From Candidatus Levyibacteriota bacterium (GTDB lineage Bacteria > Patescibacteriota > Microgenomatia > Levybacterales > UBA12049), in assembly GCA_049519175.1 (NCBI GenBank), contig JBEKQZ010000001.1:17021-81020 (forward strand): a stretch of DNA of 64,000 bases, given 5' to 3'. Shown here in pieces: positions 30,241 to 40,416 of this stretch. Both the position numbers and the translations under genes were made by a program. The notes under the pieces are model-generated. The model was not told where the DNA came from and searched no databases. It saw only the letters and a program-made list of their open reading frames with translations. Every line of letters begins with the position of its first letter. Within the stretch, counting starts at the first letter, position 1.

Positions 30241-32001
30241 ATGTGCGGAATATACGGTTTTGTTTCAAACGAAGAACATTCGGCCAATGAAATCCTGGAA
30301 GGATTAAAACTTTTGGAATACAGAGGCTATGATTCTTGGGGAGTAGCGGTAAAAAGCGGTAAGCAAATTTTCGTTGACAAAAACATCGGCAAAATCGGCA
30401 GCGCCAAACTAAAACCCCGGAAAAGCAATCTTGGCATCGGTCATACGCGTTGGGCCACTCACGGTGGAGTAACTATTAAAAACGCTCATCCTCATCTCGA
30501 TTGTAAACAAAATATCGCCGTGGTTCACAATGGCATCATCGAAAACTATCAGGAGCTAAAGCAAGATTTAATTAAAAAAGGTCACAGGTTCGTTTCCGAA
30601 ACCGACACCGAAGTTTTCGCGCACTTGGTGGAAGAGTTTTTGAAAAAAGACGGCTTTGCAACCGCCGTTAGAAAAGCTTTCAACGTAATTCAAGGACTAA
30701 ATGCGATAGTAGTAATGAGCTCTGTTTCATCCGAAATTGTAGCCGCCAAAACGGGATCACCTTTAATCGTCGGTGTTGGGAATAATGGATTTTTTATCTC
30801 TTCCGATGCGGTAGGAATTTACGGACATGCTACAAAAGCACTTTTCTTAAAAGATAATGAAATGGTGGTTTTAGGAAAAAACTTACAACTAATTTCTTTA
30901 CCAAGAGGGAATAAATTAACGCCGGAATTTGAAAAAATAGAATCTAAAGCGGCGGATAAAGGTAAAGGTGAATATAAACATTTTATGCTGAAAGAAATTA
31001 TGGAGCAGCCGGCGATTTTGCAAAATATCGCCGAAAATTATCAGGATATCATCGCTGATTTAAGCGGTAAAATTAAAAACGCCTACGGCACCTATTTTGT
31101 CGGAGCGGGAACCGCTTTCTATGCCTGTTTGGCCGGAACATATCTTTTTTCCAAAATTGCCAAACTGCATGTCAATACCGCGCCGGCTTCGGAATTTAAT
31201 TATTTGGAAGATTTTTTAACGCCAAAAAGTTTAGTGATTGGTTTATCGCAAAGCGGTGAAACAATCGACGTAATAGAACCATTGCAAATCGCCAAAAAAA
31301 GCAGAGCCAAGATTATTGCCATCACTAACACGAAAGGTTCAACGATTTATCGGATGGCGGATGAAAAAATTCTCCTGGGCGCGGGAACGGAAAAAGCGGT
31401 GGCATCAACTAAAGCCTATTTGGCAAAGCTGTCAATTCTTTTAATGTTGGCGTTTGCGATGAAAGGACAAATTGGGAAAGCCCAGAATCTTTTAGGACAA
31501 GCAGCGAAAGAGATTCAGAGTATTTTTTCTCCGCGGTATCTTAAGCAAATTCAAATGTTGGCTAAAGTTATGCAGTCAAAAGAACATATTTTTATTATCG
31601 GACGCGGAATGTCGTATCCATCGGCTTTGGAAGGCGCTTTAAAAATTCGGGAAGTTAGTTATTTGCACGCCGAGGGGATTGCCGGCGGGGAATTAAAACA
31701 CGGACCAATCGCTTTAATTGAAAAAGGAACGCCCTGCATAGTTTTTGCGCCAAACGATGAAACCTACGCGGCAATTATGTCAAACGCGATGGAAATTAAG
31801 GCCCGCGGCGGAGTAATTATCGGAATTAGCTACAAAAATAGCGAAGTATTTGATTATTTTTTGCAAGTTTTAGATTTACAGGATGCAACGATTCTAACGC
31901 AAATCGTTCCACTGCAGCTACTGGCTTATTACATTGCGGTTAATAAAGGCTTTGATCCGGACAAACCCAGAAATTTAGCTAAAAGCGTCACGGTTAAATA
32001 G
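30241..32001 (+). CDS. glmS: Glutamine--fructose-6-phosphate aminotransferase
   Basis: MCGI start, EYRGYDS, GHTRWATHG, SQSGET, ELKHGP and PRNLAKSVTV. Confidence 0.98.
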   Translation: MCGIYGFVSNEEHSANEILEGLKLLEYRGYDSWGVAVKSGKQIFVDKNIGKIGSAKLKPRKSNLGIGHTRWATHGGVTIKNAHPHLDCKQNIAVVHNGIIENYQELKQDLIKKGHRFVSETDTEVFAHLVEEFLKKDGFATAVRKAFNVIQGLNAIVVMSSVSSEIVAAKTGSPLIVGVGNNGFFISSDAVGIYGHATKALFLKDNEMVVLGKNLQLISLPRGNKLTPEFEKIESKAADKGKGEYKHFMLKEIMEQPAILQNIAENYQDIIADLSGKIKNAYGTYFVGAGTAFYACLAGTYLFSKIAKLHVNTAPASEFNYLEDFLTPKSLVIGLSQSGETIDVIEPLQIAKKSRAKIIAITNTKGSTIYRMADEKILLGAGTEKAVASTKAYLAKLSILLMLAFAMKGQIGKAQNLLGQAAKEIQSIFSPRYLKQIQMLAKVMQSKEHIFIIGRGMSYPSALEGALKIREVSYLHAEGIAGGELKHGPIALIEKGTPCIVFAPNDETYAAIMSNAMEIKARGGVIIGISYKNSEVFDYFLQVLDLQDATILTQIVPLQLLAYYIAVNKGFDPDKPRNLAKSVTVK

Positions 32002-32016
32002 TGGTAAAATTAAATT

Positions 32017-32904
32017 ATGGCAAGTAGTGATTATTATCAAATTTTAGGAATTTCCAAAAACGCAACGGAAGCGGAAATAAAAAGAGCTTACCGCAAATTA
32101 GCTCTGCAATATCATCCGGATAGGAATAAAGGTAAGGAAGCGGAGGAAAAATTCAAGGAAGTGAACAAAGCTTACGAAGTTTTGTCCGACACGCAAAAAA
32201 GACAAACTTACGACCAGTTTGGCGCGGCGGCGTTTGAGCAAGGTGGCCCAACCGGGCAAGGAGCCGGCGGACCATTCGGCGGGTTCGGAGGACAACAAGG
32301 TCCGTTCACTTATACCTACTCAACCAGTGGTGGAAATCCGCAGGGGTTTGATTTCGGTGGAGGATTTTCTGACCCGTTTGAAATTTTCGAGCAATTTTTT
32401 GGTGGTGCGTCACCATTTGGCCGGGCGCAAAGACGCTCTACTTATTCACTAACCATTTCCTTTATGGATGCAGTGAAAGGCGCAACTAAAAGAGTGCAAT
32501 TGGAAGGGAAAACGCAGACGATTAAAATTCCTGCCGGAGTTGATAACGGCTCTAGAATTCGCTTTGGTGATTATGACGTAGTGATTGATGTGACGTCGGA
32601 CAGAAAATTCAGGCGGCAGGGCTATGATATTATTTCGGATGAGGAAATTAGTTTTCCGCAGGCTGCACTAGGCGATACGGTTGAAGTCCAAACGGTTCAG
32701 GGTTTGGTCAAAATAAGAGTTCCCTCTGGCACTCAACCGGAAACTCTAATCCGACTGCGGGGCAAAGGTGTAAAAATGTTAAGAGGTTCCGGGCACGGTG
32801 ACCATTACGTCAGAATAAAAGTCACAGTTCCAAAAAATCTTTCCGGACACCAAAAAGAATTGTTAAAAGAATTCGACGACTCCAAAAAACACGGCTGGTT
32901 CTAA
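32017..32904 (+). CDS. dnaJ: DnaJ-class co-chaperone without zinc finger (type II/CbpA-like)
   Basis: J domain with HPD, G/F-rich region and C-terminal domain; no CxxCxGxG repeats. Confidence 0.88.
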   Translation: MASSDYYQILGISKNATEAEIKRAYRKLALQYHPDRNKGKEAEEKFKEVNKAYEVLSDTQKRQTYDQFGAAAFEQGGPTGQGAGGPFGGFGGQQGPFTYTYSTSGGNPQGFDFGGGFSDPFEIFEQFFGGASPFGRAQRRSTYSLTISFMDAVKGATKRVQLEGKTQTIKIPAGVDNGSRIRFGDYDVVIDVTSDRKFRRQGYDIISDEEISFPQAALGDTVEVQTVQGLVKIRVPSGTQPETLIRLRGKGVKMLRGSGHGDHYVRIKVTVPKNLSGHQKELLKEFDDSKKHGWF

Positions 32905-32979
32905 TCCTCTTAATCAATTTTCATGTAATGCTTAGAATGTGGCTTGACATATATATATATGCTGTGCTTAGATGTATTT

Positions 32980-33744
32980 ATGTTAGGATTTGGTGAACCA
33001 CCAGCGGGAGCAACGCCACAACAAGCTACGGAAACTGTTCCGCCATCAACGCCAGCGGCAACAGAAAATCAGGATAATGAAACTCTGCAGCCCCCCAAAA
33101 AAGGATTAGCGGAAAGACTCCAAGCAGTAAGAGCAGAGTCAGATTTAGTAGAAGATGAAGCTAGAGAAAGTTTGGCAAAGATATTAAAAGATATAAGAGG
33201 CGTCATGGAGATTGTTGCTACAACATTGCCAATAGATCCCCAAAAATCATCTAGGGACAAACCAAGAGATTCAGCGCTACAATTACCTGATGGAAGATAT
33301 GTTAGGACAACAACAGCTTTTGGTGAAGAGTTTAGAGAAGGTATTTTTGTTGGTGCAGATGGGGAAAAAGCGAAAGTTAGCTTGGAGACTAGAGGGTCAT
33401 ATGATCGGGCATTGGACCCTAATGATCAAGCAGCAGTTGAAAAAATGCATGATTTCGATAAATTTATTAACATTCAAGACCCAGAAGATCCTAGCTTAAC
33501 AGTGGGAATGAGCACAATGTTCCCAGGGAGATTTTATATTGAGCAGTTGGATAAAAAAGATGACACAGTGTTCGTAGAAAAAAGTTATAGGGATGATAAA
33601 GTGTACATGGGAAAACTTGAAAATGGAGGAGATCCCCTTGAAATAGCCAGAAGAACTATAGACTTTGCGACAGCAGCAAGGCTACAACAGGCGGAAGTGC
33701 CGGTAGCAACAGCCACTCCTCAGCCGATGTCAACAGTAGCTTAG
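32980..33744 (+). CDS. Hypothetical acidic protein (ORFan-like)
   Basis: Long open frame rich in A-ending codons, unlike its neighbours; TTGACA at 32944 suggests the start is ATG 32980. Confidence 0.65.
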   Translation: MLGFGEPPAGATPQQATETVPPSTPAATENQDNETLQPPKKGLAERLQAVRAESDLVEDEARESLAKILKDIRGVMEIVATTLPIDPQKSSRDKPRDSALQLPDGRYVRTTTAFGEEFREGIFVGADGEKAKVSLETRGSYDRALDPNDQAAVEKMHDFDKFINIQDPEDPSLTVGMSTMFPGRFYIEQLDKKDDTVFVEKSYRDDKVYMGKLENGGDPLEIARRTIDFATAARLQQAEVPVATATPQPMSTVA

Positions 33745-33827
33745 TTCCGCGAAGAGAATTCGATAACTCCAAATCCCACGGCTGGTTTTGATTGCAAAAA
33801 TAACCTCAATCTTCTACACTTGAATTG

Positions 33828-34154
33828 ATGCTTAAACTGCCCGTTCAAATTCTCAAATTTTGGTATCTGGAAGCACCAAGTAATATCCTCAAGTTTTTTG
33901 CTTCACTAAATTCAGCTTTTTTTGGTGTCTTTTCGCTTCCTCTAATGGTTAAAACTTTCTTCAAACCCTGGAAAAATGAATATAGAGAAGGTTTAGTTGG
34001 TTTCTCAATAATTATGGGAATGATAATAAAGAGTTTATTTATTTTTGCCGATTTGTTTCTGTTCGTCGGTCTTTTAATTTGCGAAATAGCAATGTTTTTA
34101 ATCTTTTTAATTTTACCAATTGCGGTGTTTATTTTGCCGTTTATTAAACTATGA
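33828..34154 (+). CDS. Small membrane protein coupled to the Clp-like ATPase
   Basis: FSLPLMVKTFFKPWK plus TM segments; ATGA overlap with the next gene; TTGCAA-17-TACACT promoter upstream. Confidence 0.7.
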   Translation: MLKLPVQILKFWYLEAPSNILKFFASLNSAFFGVFSLPLMVKTFFKPWKNEYREGLVGFSIIMGMIIKSLFIFADLFLFVGLLICEIAMFLIFLILPIAVFILPFIKL

Positions 34155-36523
34155 AAGGCTTTGCAAAATTTTATTTTTACTACACCAGTTCAATTATAAT
34201 TTTAGCCCGGCTTTTACTGTTCATCCTCTTTGCGGTTGGATCTGCGTTTCTCATTATCAACAAATTTACTCCGAATATATTTTTACTGTTGCTTGGTTTA
34301 ATGTTAGTATTTGAAATTTTCTTTAAATATAAAATTGCCAAAACAAATCCAAAAGTCGAAGTCTTGCAAAATACCGGTGATCCGCTTGATTCATTCTCGC
34401 TAGAATTATTGGGTATTCTGGAAACACAAAAGACCGTTTCGCAAATCATTAAACAATTGATCAATCTCCCACAAATGCAATTCATAATTCTGAAAGCGGA
34501 TTTAAAACCCGAAGGAATTATTTTAGTTGATGGAGACAAACAAACACTAATCCAATCCACATTCAATTTAGCAAAAGAAGCCAAAGGTAAATACGTCACA
34601 GCGATGGATTATTTCATCGCTTATTTGCTGTTAATCGAGCCGTCGGCAAAAATTTTGTTCAACCATAAATTAAAAGAAGAAGATCTCAAAAATATTTTAG
34701 CGTGGGCCAGACACGTTCACACGGAGGAAGAGTCGCCGAAACAAACTATTGTTAATTTTGCCGGAGAGGGCATTGCCGAAGAGTGGGTTTACGGGTGGAC
34801 GCTGGAAACCAAGAAATACATGCTTGACTTAAGCCACGAATTTTTAAGCGGCAGAATCGAACCGATGCGTCGGGTCAACGAATTCCAGCAATTGACGGAA
34901 GCGCTTTTCAAAGGCGACAGCGTAATTTTGGTTGGCGATGCGGGCAGCGGCAAAGAAGCAACTGTTAAAGAATTGGCGATCGAAAGTTTTATGGGCAGAC
35001 TAAAAAATAATCTATATCATCAAAAAATTTATCAATTGATGGTCGATGCGTTTATGGCCGGCGCACAAAATCAGGGTGAAATTGAAGCTAGAATTAATGC
35101 TTTAATTACGGAAATTGCCCACTCCGGCGATACGATAATTTATATTCCGGAATTCCAAAATACTTTGGGCAGTTCCACGTTTCATTTGGATATTTCCGGC
35201 GCTTTAATTCCCTATTTGCAGAAAAAAGAAATCCGAATTATTGCGACAGTAACACCTGGTGCTTATAAAACTTTTCTTGAACCAATGAAAACACTTTTAG
35301 ATAACTTCACAGTAATCAATTTCTCCGAGCCTTCAAAAGAAGAAGTGTTACAAATGCTGTTTCAGAAAGCGGCGGTAATTGAAGAAAAAGATAATGCCGT
35401 CATTACTTACAAAGCGGTACTGGCGGCCTGTAATTTTGCCGATAGATACTCAAAGGAAAAAGTTTTGCCGGGGAGTGCAGTGACGCTTTTGGAAGATACG
35501 GCTAACGCCGATAAAGTTTCCGGTAAGCGCATCGTAGAAGAACAGGATATTTTGAGTCAAATCGAGAAAAAAATTCGAGTCCCCGTAGGAGAGCCAAAAC
35601 CAATTGAAAAAACGCTACTTTTAAATTTAGAGAATGAAATTCACAAAAGAGTAGTAGATCAGGAAGAGGCTGTGTTTGCAATCTCGGAAGCAATTAGAAG
35701 GCTTAGAACCGGTCTTAATGTGGCCGAAAAGCCGATCTCGTTTCTATTTTTGGGCCCCACCGGCGTTGGCAAAACCGAAACCGCCAAAGCGCTGGCTGCT
35801 GTTTATTTTGGGCAAGGTGCCAGAATGATTAGATTGGATATGAGCGAATTTGTGGGAGAGGAGGGAATAAAGAAACTTTTGGGCTCCGCTCCCGGCGAAG
35901 GAAGTGAAAAAGGTGAATTGGAAATGGTTTATGACAATCCCAATTCGTTAGTGCTTTTGGATGAGTTTGAAAAAGCCGACCAGCAAATTTTAAATTTATT
36001 TTTGCAGGTTTTAGATGATGGTAGACTGACCGATGATAAGGGCAAAACTGTTTCGTTTGCCAATTGCATTATCATTGCCACTTCTAACGCCGCCTCGGAA
36101 TTTATCAGGGAAGAAGTTGGTAAAGGCGTTCAAGTTAACAAACAGTTCCAACAAAACCTCATCAACTATTTGGAAACTAAAGGCATTTTTAAGCCCGAAC
36201 TTTTAAACCGTTTTGACGACATCATTACTTTCAAACCGCTCGGGCAAACGGAAATAACGCAAATAGTAAAATTAATGCTCATCGGCGTTGCCAAGGAGTT
36301 GGCGGCCAAAGATATTACAGTTTATTTTGATGAAAAAATCATCGTCAAAATTGTCAATGAGGGATTTGATAAAGATTTTGGTGCCAGACCTTTGCGAAGA
36401 TTTATCCAAGACAAAATAGAAGATTTAATTGCGCAAGCAATCCTTAAAGATGAAATCAAACGCGGTGACAAAATCCAAGTCTCCGTTGATTCCACAAATA
36501 ATATCTCCGTAAATAAACCTTAA
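34151..36523 (+). CDS. Membrane-anchored ClpA/ClpB-family AAA+ ATPase with degenerate NBD1
   Basis: Two N-terminal TMs. NBD1 GDAGSGKE and IYIPE; NBD2 FLGPTGVGKTETAK, LLDEFEKA, FKPELLNRFD and GARPLRR. Confidence 0.85.
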   Translation: MKGFAKFYFYYTSSIIILARLLLFILFAVGSAFLIINKFTPNIFLLLLGLMLVFEIFFKYKIAKTNPKVEVLQNTGDPLDSFSLELLGILETQKTVSQIIKQLINLPQMQFIILKADLKPEGIILVDGDKQTLIQSTFNLAKEAKGKYVTAMDYFIAYLLLIEPSAKILFNHKLKEEDLKNILAWARHVHTEEESPKQTIVNFAGEGIAEEWVYGWTLETKKYMLDLSHEFLSGRIEPMRRVNEFQQLTEALFKGDSVILVGDAGSGKEATVKELAIESFMGRLKNNLYHQKIYQLMVDAFMAGAQNQGEIEARINALITEIAHSGDTIIYIPEFQNTLGSSTFHLDISGALIPYLQKKEIRIIATVTPGAYKTFLEPMKTLLDNFTVINFSEPSKEEVLQMLFQKAAVIEEKDNAVITYKAVLAACNFADRYSKEKVLPGSAVTLLEDTANADKVSGKRIVEEQDILSQIEKKIRVPVGEPKPIEKTLLLNLENEIHKRVVDQEEAVFAISEAIRRLRTGLNVAEKPISFLFLGPTGVGKTETAKALAAVYFGQGARMIRLDMSEFVGEEGIKKLLGSAPGEGSEKGELEMVYDNPNSLVLLDEFEKADQQILNLFLQVLDDGRLTDDKGKTVSFANCIIIATSNAASEFIREEVGKGVQVNKQFQQNLINYLETKGIFKPELLNRFDDIITFKPLGQTEITQIVKLMLIGVAKELAAKDITVYFDEKIIVKIVNEGFDKDFGARPLRRFIQDKIEDLIAQAILKDEIKRGDKIQVSVDSTNNISVNKP

Positions 36524-36570
36524 TCGGCGTATTGAAGCCAAGCACAAATAATGATATACTAAAGCACATT

Positions 36571-37779
36571 ATGCCAGCGATACAGAGAAGTGAATTCGCA
36601 CTAGCTTTGAATCAGGTCTCAAACGAAAGAGGCCTTGATCCGGCTATTGTTTTAGACACGGTTAAGAATGCTATTCTAGCCGCTTATCGAAAAGATCATC
36701 CGGGAACGGAAATCGAAGAATTCACCGCCACGCTAGACCCGAATACCGGGGAGGCAAAGATTTTCCTCGACGATAAAGACGTCACTCCGCCGGGTTTTGG
36801 CAGAATCGCCGCCCAAACCGCCAAACAGGTCATCTTACAAAAAATTAGAGAAAAAGAAAAAGAGGCAGTCATCTCCGACTTTAGATTAAGAATTGGCACC
36901 ATTGTCAACGGAATGGTGTTAAGATTTGCCGGACCAAACGTGATCGTCGATATCGGCAAAGCCGAAGCGATTATGCCGCCCGAAGAACAAATTCCCAACG
37001 AAAAATACCACCTTAATCAAAGACTGGTAGTTTACGTTTTGGAAATCAAAGAGGGACTAAAAGGCGAAGAAGTCGTTGTTTCTCGAGCTAACAACGGTTT
37101 ATTGGAAGGTTTGTTCAAGCGCGAAGTGCCAGAAGTGGCGCAGGGCGCGGTGGAGATTAAAGCGATAGAAAGAGAGCCGGGAAATCGCAGTAAAATTGCG
37201 GTCGCTTCAAACCAGTCGGGAATTGATCCGGTAGGAAGTTGTGTCGGACAAAAAGGCGTCCGGGTTCAGGCCATCATTCAGGAGTTTAGCGGCATTGAAA
37301 AAATCGATATTATCCAGTGGCAGGAAGACCCGAAAAATTATGTCACGCAAGCCTTATCGCCGGCCAAACAGTTGCAGGTCGAGATTGACGAAAAAGAAAA
37401 AACCGCTAAAGTTTTTGTGGCTCCCGAAGAATTGTCTTTAGCGATTGGCAGAGACGGACAAAATGTGCGGCTGGCGTCTAAATTAACCGGATACAGGATT
37501 GAAATTGAAGGCAAAGACGAACTGTCGCAACTTCCGCCGGAAGCCAAAGAAAAACCGGCAGAAGAAGCTGCGGCCAAAGTCGTTAAAGAAATAGTTAAAG
37601 AAGGGGTAAAAGACCAAACTAAAGACAAAATTGTGGCCAAAGAAGAAGCCGCGATAGACCAAGTACTCAAAACGGCAAAAGAAGAAAAACAGGTTGAGGA
37701 CGCACAGGCTTCTCTCGCCCAAAAAACTGAAGGAAAACCAGAAGAAACTAAAACAGAAGTGCCCGACAAGACTAGCTAA
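36571..37779 (+). CDS. nusA: Transcription factor NusA
   Basis: FGRIAAQTAKQVI, REPGNRSKIAV, DPVGSCVG and LAIGRDGQNVRLA. ATG 36571 follows TTGAAG-17-TATACT. Confidence 0.96.
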   Translation: MPAIQRSEFALALNQVSNERGLDPAIVLDTVKNAILAAYRKDHPGTEIEEFTATLDPNTGEAKIFLDDKDVTPPGFGRIAAQTAKQVILQKIREKEKEAVISDFRLRIGTIVNGMVLRFAGPNVIVDIGKAEAIMPPEEQIPNEKYHLNQRLVVYVLEIKEGLKGEEVVVSRANNGLLEGLFKREVPEVAQGAVEIKAIEREPGNRSKIAVASNQSGIDPVGSCVGQKGVRVQAIIQEFSGIEKIDIIQWQEDPKNYVTQALSPAKQLQVEIDEKEKTAKVFVAPEELSLAIGRDGQNVRLASKLTGYRIEIEGKDELSQLPPEAKEKPAEEAAAKVVKEIVKEGVKDQTKDKIVAKEEAAIDQVLKTAKEEKQVEDAQASLAQKTEGKPEETKTEVPDKTS

Positions 37780-37836
37780 TATGAGAGCGAATATTTTTTC
37801 TAAAAATATCAACTTGTCGAAAAATTTATTTAATTT

Positions 37837-39315
37837 ATGGATATTAAAAATAAAAAAAATGCTACAGAAGAATTCTATCCCCCGGTAGTCGCGGTTTTGG
37901 GTCACGTTGACCACGGGAAAACCACACTTTTGGATGCCATTAGAAAAACCAATGTTGCCGCCGGGGAACACGGTGGAATTACACAAAAAATCGGCGCCTC
38001 GGAAATCGAAATAATGCACGACGGCGTCAAGCGCAAAATCACTTTCATCGACACTCCCGGTCATGAAGCTTTTTCGCAGATGCGCGGCCGCGGCGCGCAA
38101 GCCGCAGACGTAGGGCTATTAATAGTCTCCAGTGTGGACGGGGTAATGCCGCAAACCAAAGAAAGCATCCAGCTTTTAAAAAATTCAAAAATTCCCTACA
38201 TTGCCGTTTTGACCAAAAGCGACGACCCAAACAAACAAGTTGAAAAAACCAAACAGCAATTGCTAAAAGAAGAAGTTCTACTTGAAGGTTACGGCGGGGA
38301 TGTGCCGGTGATTGAGGTGTCCGGAAAAACCGGCGACCACGTCAAAGAGTTATTAGAGTTAATTCTATTAGTTTATGAAATGAAAAAAGAGGCCAATTTT
38401 TATCCTTTTAAAAAGACAGGAACGCTCATGGGAATTGTCATTGAGTCTAAACTGGATAAAAATTCCGGGCCACGCGCGACGGTTGTCGTCAAGAATGGAA
38501 TTCTCAAGGTTAAAAGCGAAATTTTCGCCGGAGACATCCGGGGAAAAGTGCGAGGTTTAATTTCGGACACCGGTAAAAATTTACAGGAAGTCAGCGTCGG
38601 TGAGGCAATCGAAGTGCTGGGCTTTGAAAAAGTGCCAGCTGTCGGAAGCGTGGTTACCGATACACCAAAAATAGCTGAAGCTTTCGCCTACAAAGAAGAA
38701 ATTTCGGTGAATAAACTTCCCGAATCGCCGTTTGCAGTGGAAAACCAAAATGTGCTTTCCATCGTTCTTTGCGCCGATTCGGCCGGTTCTTTGGAAGCAA
38801 TCATAAACGCTGTTCCTAAAGGTAATTTACAATTTGTAATTCAAAAAACCGGCGATGTCGACGTCTCCGACATTTTATTTGCTAAATCAACCGGCTCGAT
38901 AGTTTTAAGCTTCAACGTTAAAATAAAGCCGGAAATTGCCAAGTTGGCGAAAACGGAAAAAGTGCTGGTTAAAAATTACACCATCATTTACGAAATGATC
39001 GATGAAGTCAGCGATTTTGTGCAAGGGAAACTGGAATCTTTGCAGGAGGAAATTATGGGCATTGCCAAGATTCTGGCCAGTTTTCCTTATGAAAAAACCA
39101 AAGTCATGGGAATTAAAGTGAGTGAGGGAAGAATCGCCAAAGGAGACAAAATAAGACTGCTGCGGGATGAAGCGGTGATTGGCGAAACCCGCGTTTCTTC
39201 GGTTAGACAAGGCAAGGAACAAGCCTCCAAAATCGAGGCCGGACAAGAAGGCGGCGTTATCGTGTCGCCCTTTCTTGACTTCGCAATAGACGATGTGCTA
39301 ATATCCCATAGCTAA
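37837..39315 (+). CDS. infB: Translation initiation factor IF-2 lacking the N-terminal domain
   Basis: PPVVAVLGHVDHGKTTLLD, GGITQ and DTPGHEAF. Confidence 0.95.
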   Translation: MDIKNKKNATEEFYPPVVAVLGHVDHGKTTLLDAIRKTNVAAGEHGGITQKIGASEIEIMHDGVKRKITFIDTPGHEAFSQMRGRGAQAADVGLLIVSSVDGVMPQTKESIQLLKNSKIPYIAVLTKSDDPNKQVEKTKQQLLKEEVLLEGYGGDVPVIEVSGKTGDHVKELLELILLVYEMKKEANFYPFKKTGTLMGIVIESKLDKNSGPRATVVVKNGILKVKSEIFAGDIRGKVRGLISDTGKNLQEVSVGEAIEVLGFEKVPAVGSVVTDTPKIAEAFAYKEEISVNKLPESPFAVENQNVLSIVLCADSAGSLEAIINAVPKGNLQFVIQKTGDVDVSDILFAKSTGSIVLSFNVKIKPEIAKLAKTEKVLVKNYTIIYEMIDEVSDFVQGKLESLQEEIMGIAKILASFPYEKTKVMGIKVSEGRIAKGDKIRLLRDEAVIGETRVSSVRQGKEQASKIEAGQEGGVIVSPFLDFAIDDVLISHS

Positions 39316-39324
39316 TCAAGTTCT

Positions 39325-40362
39325 ATGGATAATTTGACCTTCGATAAAATAAAAGAAACCCTGTCCAAATACAATAATGTGGCTGTGGCGGTGCCGATCG
39401 ATCCGACGGTAGACGAAATGGGCGCGGCGCTTGGTTTATATCTGTCGCTAAAAGATATGGGCAAAGCAATGAGCATTGCCACCCCGAATACTCCTTTGGT
39501 TGAAGTTTCCGCTTTGGTTGGAATTGATGAAGTTAGAACGACTTTGGGCGAAGAATCAGGCGATTTAGTTGTTTCCTTTCCCTACCGGGAGGGCGAAATT
39601 GAAAAAGTTTCTTACACCAGAGACGATAACTATCTAAATATCGTAGTTAAAGCCGGAGAGAAAGGCTTAAATTTTACCCAACAAGACGTTAGATTCTCGC
39701 GTGGTTCAAAAGCACCGGAAATGCTATTCATTGTCGGCGCGGCCAGAATTTCAGACTTGGGGAAATTATTTGACCCGGCAGTTTTAAAAGATACGGTAGT
39801 TGTAAACATTGACAACAAGCCAGATAACCAGGGTTATGGTGATATCGTAATGGTCTCAAATCGATTTTCTTCAATCTCGGAAGCAATCGCCAATTTAATT
39901 TTAACCATTGGCGCAAAAATGGATTTGGATATTGCCGAGAATTTAATGTTGGGGATTACCACCGCCACCAATAATTTCCAGGATCCAAAAACCAGCTCTT
40001 TGGCTTTTGAAATGGCGGGAATTTTAATGCGCAACGGCGCGTTAAGACCAGCTTCCAGTCAACCTAAAAATACTCCGCTGGATTTTCCGGATGAGCAATT
40101 TTCAATGCCACAACCGGCCTTTCCTAAAAAAACTTTTAATGCTGGGCCGCCAAGACTGGTTCAGCCAAAACCTTTCAATCAGCAACCAAGACCGGTACAA
40201 TCCTTTCAACCAAAAGTCGTTCAAAGACCGCAGCAAACTAGAGAGCAGCTAAAACAAACTCCAATTAGTGCGGTTGAAGGAAAAGAAGCAACAGGCGTTG
40301 GAGAAAATCCGCCCGACGATTGGCTAACGCCAAAAATCTACAAAGGCTCAACCAACTTCTAA
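39325..40362 (+). CDS. DHH/NrnA-like protein with degenerate catalytic motifs and a disordered C-terminal tail
   Basis: Motif order matches the DHH fold (D..GAALGL; VVNID; SSISE; GI..AT..F), but DHH reads DNK. Confidence 0.7.
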   Translation: MDNLTFDKIKETLSKYNNVAVAVPIDPTVDEMGAALGLYLSLKDMGKAMSIATPNTPLVEVSALVGIDEVRTTLGEESGDLVVSFPYREGEIEKVSYTRDDNYLNIVVKAGEKGLNFTQQDVRFSRGSKAPEMLFIVGAARISDLGKLFDPAVLKDTVVVNIDNKPDNQGYGDIVMVSNRFSSISEAIANLILTIGAKMDLDIAENLMLGITTATNNFQDPKTSSLAFEMAGILMRNGALRPASSQPKNTPLDFPDEQFSMPQPAFPKKTFNAGPPRLVQPKPFNQQPRPVQSFQPKVVQRPQQTREQLKQTPISAVEGKEATGVGENPPDDWLTPKIYKGSTNF

Positions 40363-40416
40363 TAGACCATTGCGAATGATTTTTAAAACTGCTATAATTA
40401 CAAAAGTTAGTTTAAT

